Source: an uncultured Acidobacteriota bacterium
GTDB taxonomy: Bacteria > Acidobacteriota > Terriglobia > Terriglobales > Acidobacteriaceae
Assembly: GCA_963826925.1 (NCBI GenBank)
Contig: CAWGYX010000009.1
Location: forward strand, 15,899 to 79,898
Reading direction: 5' to 3'
Length of the DNA: 64,000 nt
A program made the position numbers and the translations under genes. The notes beneath the pieces are model-generated. The model was not told the origin of the DNA, searched no databases, and saw nothing but the letters and a program-made list of their open reading frames with translations. Shown here piece after piece: positions 19,460 through 31,994 of this stretch; the first letter of the stretch is position 1; each line of letters opens with the position of its first letter.

Positions 19460-21889
19460 GTGCACGGCGATCTAATTAAGGAACGAGATTTCATCACAGC
19501 CGTTCTGCAGGCCTGCGGAGCGTTGGTGGTGGTATTTGACACCGCAGGCCGGATCGTTCTTTGCAACCGCGCGTTTGAGCAGGTAACGGGGTATTCCAGC
19601 GCCGAGCTGAAAGGGAAGATATTCTTCGACGTTTTGGTGAGCCCGGAGGGCAGGGAGCAGAGCCGGAAGCGCCTGGAGCACGGCATCTCCGCCCGGGCGG
19701 CATCCGCCTTTGAGAACGAATGGATCACCAAATCGGGCGAGCCGCGCCGGATCTCGTTTTCAAACGCTCCCATGCTGAATGAGGCGGGCGAGGTGGAGTA
19801 TTACATCGCCACCGGCATCGACATTACGGATCGCTATCGCGCCGACCAGGAATTGTTGAAGTCGGAGATGCAGTTCCGCTCGATTTGGGAAGCGTCTTGC
19901 GAGCCAATGTTTCTGACCGATCCGGCGGCACGATCGTCAAGGTCAACGCCGCCTTCGCCGCCATGCTGGACACCGATGCGGCTTCGCTCGAAGGCATGAA
20001 TGTGACGGGCCTGTTTCATCCCGAAGAGCGCGAGGAGCTGCGGGAATATCACCGGGCGCGCTACGCGTCCGATGTCAAGGAGCATTTCTTCGAGCGCGAG
20101 TTGCATTTCATGCAGGGCCGATCGGGCATTTTCGAGAATTCGGTGACGCGCGTGGATATTCCCGGCCAGCCTCCCCAGATGCTCTGCATCCTGCGGGACG
20201 TGACGGAGCAAAGGCGCAACGCAGAAGAGCTGGCGCGTGCCAAAGAGGCCGCCGAAGCCGCCAACCGGGAGCTGATCGCGGCCAATCGCAATCTGGAAGA
20301 AACCGGCCGTTTAGCGCGCGAAATGGCGGACCGCGCCGAAGCGCTCAGCGCCGCCAAGAGCGAATTTCTGGCCAACATGACGCACGAGGTCCGCACGCCG
20401 CTGAACGGCATTCTCGGGATGACCGGACTGGCGCTCGAAACCGAGCTCGCAAAACGATCAGCGGGAGTACCTGGAGCTGGTAAAGTCGTCGGCCGAAGCG
20501 CTTTTGAGCCTGGTCAACGATGTTCTGGACTTCTCGAAGTACGAAGTCGGCAAGCTGGGGCTGGATTGCGTGGAGTTCTCGCTGCGCGCGCTGGTGCGGG
20601 ACGTGTTGCGGCCGCTGGCGCTGCGCGCCTCGGCCAGCGGTCTGGCCTTCGAATCGGTGATTGAGGACCAGGTGCCGGACCGCCTGATTGGGGATCCGCT
20701 GCGGATCAGCCAGGTGCTGCGCAATCTGGCCGGCAACGCCATCAAGTTCACCAACCAAGGCAAGGTTTCGGTGCGAGTCCGGGCCGAATCGGTGGAAGGC
20801 AATCGCAAGGTCACGCTGTGTTTTAGCGTCGCCGACACCGGCATCGGCATTCCCCCGGAAAAGCATCGGCTGATCTTTGAGCCGTTCACGCAGGCCGACG
20901 GCTCCACAACGCGGAAGTACGGCGGCACGGGCCTGGGGCTGTCCATATCCTCCGGCCTGGTGGAACTGATGGGCGGGCGCATCTGGGTGGAGAGCGAAGT
21001 GGGGCAGGGCAGCACCTTTCACTTCACCCTCGCGTTGGAGCTGCCCGCCCCGACGCAGTCCAGCGAACCTCTCCGCCTTCCGCCGCAAGCCGGGACGCGC
21101 CAAACGGAAATTGCGAATCCTGGTGGCGGAGGACAACAGCGTCAACCAGCGCCTGGCCGCGCGGCTGCTCGAACGCGAGGGGCATTCGGTAACCATCGCC
21201 GGTTCCGGGCAGGAGGCGCTGGAGGCGTTTGAACGGCATGCCAGATGAGCACACCGCAGTTTGACCTGATCCTGATGGACGTGCAGATGCCCGATCTGGA
21301 CGGTCTGCAGGCCACCGCGCGCATCCGGGAGAAGGAGCGCGGTTCCGGGCCATCGTGTTCCCATCGTCGCCATGACGGCGCAGGCCGCCGAATCGGACCG
21401 GTTGCGGTGTCTCGAATCTGGAATGGACGCTTATGTCACCAAGCCCGTGCACGTGCCGGAGCTTAATGAGAATGATCGAATCTGTAGTGCCTGGAGGAAA
21501 TTCCATGAACGCCAACTTAACATCCGAGGGGTCTTCCGTGGAGGCGCAACTCCAGCAACTGGACGAATCGCTCGCGCTCAGCCGCGTGGGCGGCGACGTC
21601 GAGTTGCTGAAGGAAGTGGTTGAGTTGTTCCTCGACGATTATCCGTCCACCTTCGAAAAAATCAAGGGTGCCGTAGCCAGCCGCGACGCCACGGCTCTGG
21701 AGCATCATGCTCACAGCTTGAAGGGCTCGGTGTCCACTTTCGGCGCCAACCGCGCGTTTGAAGCCGCGTTTACGCTCGAAAAGCAGGGCCGCAGCGGCGA
21801 TTTGACCGGCGCGCAGGACGGCGCTGCTTCAGTTGGAGCAGGCGCTCGAAGCGCTGCGCCCCGAGTTGGTCCTGCTGCAGACCAAGTAA
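19460..21889 (+). CDS. hybrid sensor histidine kinase: PAS-PAS-HisKA-HATPase_c-REC-HPt
   Basis: H-box [22 protein letters not shown] boxes [17 protein letters not shown] and [13 protein letters not shown]: [11 protein letters not shown]...[14 protein letters not shown]...VPIVAMTA...YVTKP. HPt: [14 protein letters not shown]. At least 6 frame breaks across ORFs 19340, 19885, 20504, 21245, 21372 and 21433. GTG 19460 is a tentative start. Confidence 0.85.
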
Positions 21890-21967
21890 CCGCGCTCGTC
21901 ACGCTGCCGTCTCGCGCCGGCGGAAGACAGTCGCAGCGCGTCTGCTATAGTGGTGGTCTGCTCTCCT

Positions 21968-22816
21968 ATGGCATCCACCTCCGTAACGGAAATCGTCTGT
22001 GCGCATAGCCCCGATTCCGACGACGCTTACATGTTTTATGGCTTGGCGACCAAGAAGGTCCGGTCGCGGCTGGTTTCGTTCCGGCACGTTCTCGAAGACA
22101 TCGAAACGTTGAATCGTAAGGCGCTGGAAGGCGCCTACGAACTGACCGCTATTTCTTATCACGCCTATCCCTATATCGCCGACAAGTACGTCCTGATGGC
22201 GAGCGGATCGAGCATCGGCGATGGCTACGGCCCCATCCTGGCGAGCGTGAAGCCCATGGCGCCGGAAGAAATCAAAGGCAAGAAAATCGCGATTCCGGGC
22301 ACAAATGACCAGCGCTTATCTGGCGCTGAAGTTATTCGAGCCGGACTTCGAGGAAGTGGTCGATTCCGTTCGACAAGATCCTGGATGCGGTGGCCGATCA
22401 CAGCGTGGACGCCGGGCTGATCATCCACGAGGGTCAGTTGACCTATGGCAAGAGCGGCTTCCACAACGTAGTGGATTTGGGCCGCTGGTGGAAGAACGAA
22501 TACGATCTGCCGCTGCCGCTGGGCGGGAACGTGCTGCTGCGGTCGCTGCCCGGCGACCTGAAAAGCGAGTGCTGCCGCGTGATGCGCGAGAGCATCCAGT
22601 ATGCTTTGGATCATGGCGAAGAGTCGCTGAACTATGCGCATGCAATTCGCGCGCGATCTGGAGCCCCGGCTGGCCGAGAAATTCGTCGGAATGTACGTGA
22701 ATCATTTCACCGTGGACTGCGGCGAACTGGTGCCGAAGGCCGCGCAAAAGCTGCTGGACATGGGCTATGAGGCGGGTCTCATCAGCAAGAAGGTGACCGT
22801 GGAGTTTGTTCGCTAG
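21968..22816 (+). CDS. MqnA/MqnD/SBP-family protein (futalosine-route menaquinone biosynthesis family)
   Basis: AHSPDSDDAYMFYGL...LTAISYHAYPYI...IAIPG|TMTSAYLALKLFEP...DAGLIIHEGQLTY...DLPLPLGGNVL.... Stitched from ORFs 21950, 22305, 22390 and 22634, with 2-3 frame breaks. Confidence 0.65.
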
Positions 22817-24175
22817 AGGTCGCATTTATGACGTTGGCTTAGTGATGTCGATCGGCGCTGTTGGCTGTTGGCATGCCTGTACTGCTAGGCGTCCGCCTAT
22901 GCTCAGACTCAGCCCGCCGCCGCCAACCGGCGCCCAGCCGCCGGATGACGCCAAAGCGCGGGCCAAAGCGGTCCGCGAGTATGGCAAGAGCGGCGGGTCG
23001 GAAATAATTCCCAAGCTTGAGACGTATCTTTCGGACCCCGATGTGGATGTGCGCCGGGAAGCCGTAAAGGCCATCGTCGACATCGGGACGCAGCGTAGCC
23101 TGGATCCGCTGGTCAAAGCCACCCGCGACAACGATCCGGAAATCCAGATTCGCGCCACCGACGGCCTGGTGAATTTTTATGTGCCCGGTTACGTGAAGAC
23201 CGGGCTGACCGCGCCGCTGCGGCGCGCCGGATCGTCCATCAAGGCCAAGTTTACCGACACCAACGATCTGGTGATCGATCCGTATATCCAGGCTCGCCCG
23301 GAAGTGATCGCCGCTCTGGGCCGCGTTGCGAGCGGCGGGGCCAGCCTGGAAGCGCGTGCCAACGCGGCGCGTGCAGCTGGGCATTCTGCGCGGCCGCCAG
23401 GCGCTCCCGGACTTGGAGCAGGCGCTGCGCTCCAAGGACAGCGAGCTGATCTACGAGGCGCTGGTGGCGATCGAGAAGATTCGCGATCCAAGCGCCGGGC
23501 CCGGACATCGCGTTTCTGCTGCACGATCTGAACGAAAAGGTTCAAGTCACCGCGATTGAAGCGACCGGTTTGTTGTTGAACCGTGCCGCCATCAACGAAC
23601 TGCGCGACGTTCTGGACCGCTCCCGCAACATGAAAGTGAAGCGCGCCGCGCTGACCGCCATGGCGCAAATGCCCGATCCCCAATTGCACGGCGTCTATGT
23701 CACCTATCTCAATCACAAGGACGAGGGCCTTCGCGAAGGGGCAGCCGAAGGTCTGGGAAGGTTAAAAGATCCCGCGGACACCGCCGAGCTGGAGCGCGCC
23801 TTCAACAACGAAAACAAGACCGAGCCTCGGCTGTCGGTGGCGTTCGCGCTGGTGAATCTGGGCAAGCGCGGCATGGGCGAATTCGATCCACTGCGGTATC
23901 TGGTGAACGATCTGAATTCCAGCGCCTATCGCGGCGTCTCGCTGGCCTACCTGACCGAACTGGCGCGCGATCCCGAAGTGCGCCAGGCGCTTTATCCGGC
24001 GCTGAAGGAGCCCGGCGTCACCAAGGACGAGAAGACCGGCCTGGCCCAAGTGCTCGCGGCCAGCGGCGGCCCGGATGCCGTGGCGCCCTTGGAAGCGCTC
24101 TCGCAGGATCCCGATAGCGAAGTCTCCGAAGAGGGCTTGCGGGCAGTAAAAAACCTGCGCGCCCGGCTGCCGTAG
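22806..24175 (+). CDS. HEAT-repeat protein
   Basis: Repeated DxxVRxxAxxALGxI-type units (DPDVDVRREAVKAIVDIGT, DNDPEIQIRATDGL, SKDSELIYEALVAIEKI, NEKVQVTAIEATG, HKDEGLREGAAEGLGRL, DPDSEVSEEGLRAV). Stitched from ORFs 22806, 23326 and 23570. Start uncertain. Confidence 0.7.
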
Positions 24176-24185
24176 CGTCGTCCCC

Positions 24186-24234
24186 ATTCTGCGTCTGGAA
24201 TTCTGAATTCTGGTCCCTGAATTCTGAATCCGAT
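24186..24234 (+). repeat. degenerate heptamer array (ATTCTGA/TTCTGAA)x7, sense to flanking genes
   Basis: attctgc gtctgga attctga attctgg tccctga attctga atccgat. AT-rich island in the 76-bp spacer between the HEAT stop (24175) and the htrA GTG (24252). The same repeat recurs at 53284-53332. Confidence 0.8.
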
Positions 24235-24251
24235 TGCGGGAAAATAGAAAT

Positions 24252-25714
24252 GTGAGAAAACTCGCGTTCTCGCTCCTCGATCCTGCTCACTGGACTGGCT
24301 GCTTTTTCTCCAGCTCAAGACAAGAAACCTGAACCCGGAAGTCCGCACCCGGCAGCAGAAGTCAAACCGCCGCCGGTCTCGCTGGGCGAACTCAGCGTCT
24401 CGCTCGAAGGCCTGGTCAATCGAGTCCGTCCGGCCGTGGTGCAGATCTTTTCCACCGGCTACGTGACGGCCGACGAGACGGACTCCAGCAACACCGCCGC
24501 GCTGCTCTCCACGGCAGCGCAGCACCGGCTCCGGGATCATTCTCTCCGACGACGGCTTCATCGTCACCAATGCGCATGTGGTCCAGGGGGCCCGGCGCAT
24601 TCAGGTCCGGCTTTCCGTGGCGCGCATGCGCGGCGGCCGCACGCCGACCTTTGAGCCGGAGGTGAAACTGCTGGACGCCAAGCTGATTGGGATGGATCGC
24701 GAGATGGACGTGGCGGTCATCAAAATCGAGCGGACCGGCCTTCCGCATCTGGCGCTGGGCAACTCGGACGCCGTCCGGCAGGGCGAGCTGGTGATGGCGT
24801 TTGGAAACCCGCAGGGGCCTGGAAGGATCGGTCAGCATGGGCATCGTGAGTTCCACGTCGCGCGAGCTCCATCCCGACGATTTGCTGGCGTACATCCAGA
24901 CCGACGCGCCCATCAATCCCGGCAACAGCGGCGGTCCGCTGATCGATGCGCAGGGCCGCGTGGTGGGCATCAACACCTTCATCCTCTCGCAATCGGGCGG
25001 CAGCGAAGGGCTCGGGCTTCGCGATTCCCAGCAACATGGTCAACACCGTTTACACGCAGCTTCGCAAGGAGGGGCACGTGCATCGCGGGCAGGATCGGGA
25101 TTTACGTGCAGACCATCACTCCGGCCCTGGCCGAAGGGCTCGAGTCTGCCGCGGGACTGGGGAGTGCTGGTGGGCGACGTGGCGCCGGAAGGGCCGGCGG
25201 ACAAGGCGGGCGTCAAGGTCGGGCGACATGGTGCTGACGCCGAACGGCAGGACCATGCGCAATGCGCGGCAACTGGAGGCGTACATTTATCGCTCGCCGA
25301 TGAAGCAGAAGATCACGCTGCAAGTGCTGCGCGGGCAGGATCAGCTCAGCATCGACGTGCCCGTGATGGAGAGCGTCGACGATCCGCAGCGCTTCGCCGA
25401 CATGGTGAATCCGGAGGACAACCTGGTGCCGAAGCTGGGTATTCTGGGCATCGGCATCGACAAGAGTCTGGCCGCCATGCTGCCGGGCCTGCGCAACTCC
25501 TACGGCGTGGTGGTGGCCGCCGGGTCCAGCGTCACCGACCTCACGAGTGGAACCGGACTTCAGCCGGGAGACGTCATCTATTCCGTGAACCAGGCTCCGG
25601 TGGCGACCGTGGAGGCGCTGCAGGAAAAAGGTGGACGAGTTCAAGTCGGGCGACGAGGTGGCGATGCAGATCGAACGTTCCGGACGGTTGATGTTCGTCG
25701 TCTATCGAAATTGA
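24252..25714 (+). CDS. htrA: HtrA/DegP-family periplasmic serine protease with two PDZ domains
   Basis: Catalytic H (IVTNAHVV), D (MDVAVIKI) and S (TDAPINPGNSGGPLID). PDZ motifs: GVLVGDVAPEGPADKAGVKVGD and LQPGDVIYSVN. At least 8 frame breaks, three of them consecutive +1 shifts between 25080 and 25215. Confidence 0.85.
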
Positions 25715-26990
25715 ATGAAACTACGTTGGCGTTGGCGCTGCTGCCTCGGCCTCCCTCGGCACGCATATTACGCGCAGCCCGCTGCCCACCGCCTACACTG
25801 TTGAGAATCTGACGGTGGAAGGCAACCATGCCTATACTGCCGGGCAGATTCTTGCCGTGGCGGGCCTGCGCGTCGGCCAAAAGGCGGGCAAAGCCGGAAT
25901 TTGACGCGGCGCGCGAGAAGTTGGAGGCCACCGGAGCGTTCGATCAACGTCAGCTATCGGTTCGCGCCATCTAAGGACGGTGAAGGCTACGACGCGACGT
26001 ATGAAGTTTCCGAGGTCGCCCAGATTTACCCCGTCCGATTTCAGGATCTACCCGCCAGCGATGCCCAGATTCGCGCCTGGCTCGACGCAGAAGGACCCGT
26101 TGTTTGGTGCCAAGATCCCGGCCACGAAACCGGTGGTGGATCGCTATGTCGCGTGGATTTCCGAATTTTTGGCCGGGCAAGGCTATCACCAGCCGCTGGC
26201 AGGCAAGTTGAGCGCGGATGGCGGAGAGGATCTGGCGTTGCTATTCCGCCCGGCCAAAGGTCCCCCGGTCCATCGCGCACGTGATATTTACCGGTACCGG
26301 CGAGATTCCCGCGGGGACCCTGCAAACCGCGATGTATGGCGTCGCGATCGGCGTTCCTTACTCGGAGCCGCGGGTGCGGCTGCTGCTCGATATCGACCAT
26401 TCGCCCCATCTATGAGGCGCACGGACTGCTGCGAGTGGCGTTTCCGAAGATCGAAACCGCGCCCGGCCAAAGACGTGGATGGCGTTTCGGTGACCGTGCA
26501 GGTGACGCCCGGCCCGGCCTACAAGCTGGATCGGGTGAGCTTCGTGGGCGCCGATTATTCGCGCTCGGAGTGGAAGGATCTCTCGAAACTCAAGACCAAT
26601 CAGACCGTGAACTTCGACGAGGTGAAGGCCGCGCAGGACAGGATTCGAGTGAATCTTCGCCGGCAGGGGCATCTGGACGCCACATCGAAGGTGAACCGCG
26701 ATGTGAACGACACCGATCATACGGTCGCCATCGAGTTTCAGATCGATCCAGGTCCGCTCTACACGCTCGGCAAGCTGGACATCGTCGGTCTGGATGTCGT
26801 GAGCGAGCCGGAAATTCGCAAGATGTGGGGCCTCGGGCCGGGCCGGCCATTTAACGTCGAATATCCGGATCATTTCCTGGCTCGCGTTAAAGACGGCGGG
26901 GTGTTCGACAATCTGAAGTCCACCCGCGCGGAGACCAAGATCAACGCCGGCAACCACACCGTGGATGTGACGCTGTACTTCAACAAGTAA
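25715..26990 (+). CDS. POTRA-repeat protein without a beta-barrel domain
   Basis: ATG immediately follows the htrA stop. YTVENLTVEGNHAYTAGQILAVAGLRVGQ...LEATGAFD..SYRF; later YKLDRVSFVGAD...FDEVKAAQDRIRVNLRRQGHLDA and YTLGKLDIVGLDVVSEPEIRKMWGL. It ends ...VDVTLYFNK* with no Omp85 barrel. At least 5 frame breaks. Confidence 0.6.
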
Positions 26991-27250
26991 GATTGGCTGG
27001 CGCCATATGCCGGCCTAGACTGGCTGGCTAGGCTGGACAAAATTCGCGGAGTAGCATAAGATCCTAGGTAGCCTTTACCACCCGGTAACCTTGAGGCTGT
27101 CACGCCTAATTACCTTTCGTACTGTCAACACGTCAGCGAAGTGCCTGTGCCCTTGATCCCAACGAGCGAATCGTAGGCGCAGAGGATCTCGCTTCTCAGT
27201 AAATGGGCTGAAGTTCAATTTTCGGGCGATATGCACTTCAGAGGTGCTCA

Positions 27251-30200
27251 ATGATTTTCTGTCTACGGTCCCGCAGGCTTGCGCCTGTCCTCGTTTGCCT
27301 GTCCCTGTTTGGCGCCACCCAACTTGCCTACGCATCGTTTAGCCTGACATTTCAGGGGATAGTTCGCACCGTCAACACAGGAGGGAGCATTACCCTCAAT
27401 TCCCCCGCTGCCATCGCTGTGGACCCCGCGGGCGACGTTTTCATCGCCGACACCAACAATAACCGGATCGTGGAAGTGAATGCACAGGGCACCGCGTCGG
27501 TGGTCGCGATCACTGGGTTGAGCCCGGCGTCACTCAGTTCCCCTTCAGGCATCGCCATCGATGGCGCGGGCAACCTCTATATCGCGGATACGGGCAACGT
27601 CCGTGTGGTCATAGTCAGCCCCTCGGGAGCCGGCTCGGTGATCAGCACGGGGAGCGCGACACTTTGTACTCCGCAAGGCGTAGCGCTGGATCAATCCGGC
27701 GATATCTTCATTGCAGATTCCGGCTACAGCCAGATTGTGGAGGTGACTTCGGGCGGCACCGCGGCCTCTCTCACCATCAACGTTTCCTCTGGCTCAGCTT
27801 CTCTCAGCGAACCAATGGGTTTGGCCGTGGATGTGTCCGGGAAACTCTATATCGCCGATTCGGGCAACAAATCGTGTCGTAACGGTGGCGTCGGGAAGCA
27901 CCACGGGAGTGGTTTTCAGCACTGGAGAGTTGAACCCTGCGCTGAGTAACCCGAGCGGCGTAGCCGTGGACCGCATCGGAAATGTCTATATCGCCGATAC
28001 GGGCCATAATCGCGTGGTCGACGTGGACACCGCGGGCAACGGCGATATCCTACTCAATTCCGTCTTTCTTCAGGGGACAACGCTCAGCGGACCCCTGGGA
28101 GTTGCAATCGACAACTTCGGCGGGGTGTATGTCGCCGATACTGGAGACAGCCGAGTCTTGGAGGTTAACCCAACTATCTTTGTGGACGATAGCTCCTCCT
28201 TGAACAATTCGGCGGTAGGGTTTGGCCATATTTCCTTGGGTTCTTCGACACCAACTTCCTTGATCCTGAGTTTCAGCGTCGGATACCCGGTGGATAGCTT
28301 GGGTAGCGTGAACGCATTTACTTCCGGCACGCAGAACCTCGATTTTCAGGTCGTCAGCGGAGCAAATACAACCTGCAACGGCGCGCCCGCGGTTACCTAC
28401 TGCACAGTTGAGGTCGCTTTCCTGCCCACGGCTCCCGGTCTGCGACACGGAGCGCTGGTGCTTTACGATCCGGATTCCAACCCTGTCCTTACGGTTCCTC
28501 TGTTCGGATTTGGCGATGCCCCGGTGGCGGTTTTAGCTCCGAATACGGGAACCGTAGTAAGCACCGGAGGCGTACCCCTGAGTTTCCCCTTCCAAATTGC
28601 TCTGGATGGTGCGGGAAACATCTATGACGCCAATAATGGAGGCAATCTGGTTAAGATTCCCGCTGGTGGAGGCTCCGGAGCGGTGGTGTCCCCCAGCGGT
28701 TACACCTTCAGCAGCGAGGTCACCGGCGTAGTTGTCGATGGCGCCGGCAATCTGTTCATTAGCGACCACTTAAATAGCCGCATCATAGTGATTACGCCGG
28801 GCGGCGTTGCATCCGTATTGTCGATCGCTGGCTCGGCCCCCGCATTGGGCTATCCTACAGCACTCGCCCTGGATGGTGCAGGAAATCTGTATATCTCCGA
28901 CTACGAAAACGGCCGTATCGTCGAAGTCTCGTCCCTCACAGTGTCCGGATCCAGTTCCACGGGCATCGGAACGGTGATCGGCACGGGAAGTTACACCACC
29001 AGTTCGGAAGGAATTACCGGGGTAGCGGTCGACTCCCAGGGGAACATCTACATCCCAGACGGTTACGCTGGTTCCGATCCCAGCCGCGTCATTAAGGTGA
29101 CGGCAGCCGGAGTGGCTTCGCTGCTGAGTCCGGCCGGGATTACCTTCAGCCGCCCCGAGGGCGTCAGTGTAGATGGCATGGGGAATCTCTACGTTGCCGA
29201 TGGAGGTCACAACCGCATCGTGGAAATCACCACGGCAGGCGTTGCCTCGGTGCTGGCAATTAACGGCCTTGCAACTCCGACAACGCTGGGCACCCCCTTT
29301 GGGGTCACAGTGGATCCGTTTGGGAATCTGTATATTCCGGACTCGGGTAACAATCGCGTCTTGTTCGTGAACGTTTCTGGATCTGCCCTGTCATTTCCCA
29401 CCACGGCTACCGGCGCGACCAGCGCGGCCAAGACCGCCACGGTCGCCAACCTGGGAAATCAGCCATTGATCTTCTCGGCCAATCCGACCTATACGGCCAA
29501 CTTCTCCGCCAACTCCGGCGATGAAAATCCCTGCACCTCTTCCACGTCGCTCTTGCCGGGCATAAATTGCGATGTATCAGTTTTGTTCACGCCGCAATCG
29601 GTTGGTAGCCTGAGCGCCGGCATCACGGTGACAAACAACGCGCTCAACGTCGCCGGCAGCACACAGCAAGTCTCTGTGAGCGGGACAGCGTTCAGCTCAA
29701 TTCAAAACACATCGACAACGGTTGTCGTATCACCCTCTTCTTCGACCTACGGCCAGGTACTGACCTTTACCGCTACGGTTTCCTCCACCAGCACGCCTAC
29801 CGTCACAGCCCCCGGCACGCCTGCCAGCCCGCCTCGCAAGCCGACTGGCACGGTCACCTTTACGGACTTGACCACCTCGACAACGCTGGCCTCGAATGTG
29901 AGCCTGAGTGCGGGAGTGGCGACGTTCAGTGTCAGCACGCTCGGAGCGGGAATGCACACCATCCAGGCGGCCTATGCCCCGACGGGCAATTTCTCCGCGA
30001 GTAGCGGCACCGTGGCCGTGACCATCGCCAAGGCGGCCACTAGCACGGCGTTGACGCTCTCCGGCCGCACGTTGACGGCCGCTGTCAGGGTGATCGCGCC
30101 AGGCGCGGGGACTCCCACAGGCTCGGTGCAATTTCTAAACGGCGGCTCGATCCTAGGAACCGTGCCGCTCAGCGGCGGAATGGCGGCGCTGACGCTGGCC

Positions 30201-31838
30201 GTAACGCCCCGCTCATTTACATTCACGGTCGTTTATTCCGGCAACAGCAATTTCAATGGCAGCACTTCGGCCGCTGTGACCTCGCCACCCACTTCATTCG
30301 TGTCGTTGAGCGGCAGCGCTAACCCGTCCGCACTTGGCCAAGCTGTCACGTTCACCGCCCTGGTCATCGTCGCGCCGGTGTCCGCTGGCATTGTAACGGG
30401 AACCGTGCAGTTCTCCGATGGAGCAACGGTGCTCGGCAGCGTCAACGTTTCGGGCGGACCAGCCGTCTTCACCACTTCGGCGCTGACCGGCGGCTCGCAC
30501 AGCATCATCGCTCGATTTAGCGGCGACAGCACTTTCCCGCCCGCGCAGGCCAGCTTAGACCAAATCGTCAACGCGCCTGTGACGATGACGATATCGGCGG
30601 CTCCGGCTGCTATCGTCTTCGGCCAGACTGTAGTTTTCACCGCCAGCGTTAGCGCAACCGTGCCGCCGGGATTCGCGGCGCCCACAGGTCGTGTGACCTG
30701 GGTGGAGGTCACGTCCGGAACGCTACTCGGCACGGCCCCACTGTCCTCGGGAACGGCGACCCTCAGCCTGAACACCCTCGCGGCGGGGACGCATACGATC
30801 AATGTTCTATATAGCGGCGACGCGAACTGGAGCATCACCGCTCGTACCTTCACCATTACAGTGGCAAAGGCACCTTCCGGAAGTGCGGTTTCGATCGCGA
30901 TTGTTTCGGGCCAACTCACTCTCATGGCCAACGTGGCTGCGATGGCGCCCGGGGCAGGCACGCCCACGGGCAGCGTGCAGTTTGTGGACATCGCTAAGCA
31001 CGCCATAGTCGCCACCGCCACTCTTTCCGGCGGAACGGCAACGGCAACCATTGGAACGGGCGCTGCCGCCGAGGTGCTGGGCCGGCCGATCGCGGCTGTC
31101 TATTCGGGAGATTCCGGCTTCAATGGGAGCACTTCCGCGCCCCTGCCGGCGCTCCTGAACGCGGCCTGGAATTATTCAGGCGACTTCGCCCCCGATGAAA
31201 TCGCGAGCCTTTATGGCATCGCCGGCCTGACTGGCGATTCTACGGCCACCCCTCCGCTGACCACCTCATTGAGCGGGGTGACGGTAACGATCACGGATAG
31301 TTCGGGCGCCGTGAGACCGGCGCTGCTCTACGGCGTGTATGCCTCCGCGGGCCAGATCAACCTTTTGGTTCCCGACGGTACCGTGGCCGGCCTTGCGGTG
31401 GTGACTATCACGCTTCCGGGCGGCGGCACGATCACAACCATGGTCAACATCGTTGGGACGGCGCCCGGGATTTTCACATCCGATATGAACGGGCAGGGCA
31501 CTTACGCGGGCCAGGTGGTGTACTTGCACCAAGACGGCTCGCAGACGATAGTGAGTTCGGCCGGACCGATCAGCCTGGGCGCGGGTGACCAGGTATATCT
31601 GGTGCTCTACGGTACCGGGCTTCGCCATGCGAATTCTGTGACGGCTACGGTGTATGGTGCGAGCGTGCCGGTGATCTTCCACGGCGCACAGGGCGGCGGC
31701 TCGCAGGGCGGTGACGCCGGGCTCGACCAGGTCAATGTGGGTCCGCTGCCTGCCAACCTGGCAGGGGCGGGAGTCGTCAAGCTCGTCATCTCGGCGGACG
31801 GTCAGGCAGCGAATACCGTGACATTGAACATCCAGTGA
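27251..31838 (+). CDS. ~1500-aa secreted NHL-repeat / Ig-like-repeat protein with Solibacter-type C-terminal domain
   Basis: Signal peptide. About 12 NHL units (PxGIAVDxxGNLYIADxxNNRIVEV). Then Ig-like units (...GTVTFxD...LxxGxATF...). The C-terminal ~220 aa are IASLYG...SLSGVTVTITD...LLYGVYASAGQINLLVP...APGIFT...VLYGTGLR...VNVGPLP. One +1 break near 27870 joins ORFs 27251..27949 and 27831..31838. Confidence 0.85.
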
Positions 31839-31994
31839 CCGTCACCCGGGGACTGGCCTGCGGTCGGCCGCTCCAGATCATCGCTGTGGCTCATGCGGCA
31901 CGACAGCTCGCGGCTTTCCTCGCAACACGGGCGAGTTCCGAATAGCCAATTCGCTGGGTTCCGCGCGCTGCCCTGACTGCTATTCTATAAGCAC

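Noticed and set aside
27831-31838. Treating ORF 27831..31838 as an independent gene starting at 27831.
   Set aside because: Its first ~15 codons overlap the end of ORF 27251..27949. NHL units continue seamlessly across one +1 junction near 27870. The signal peptide is only on the upstream piece.
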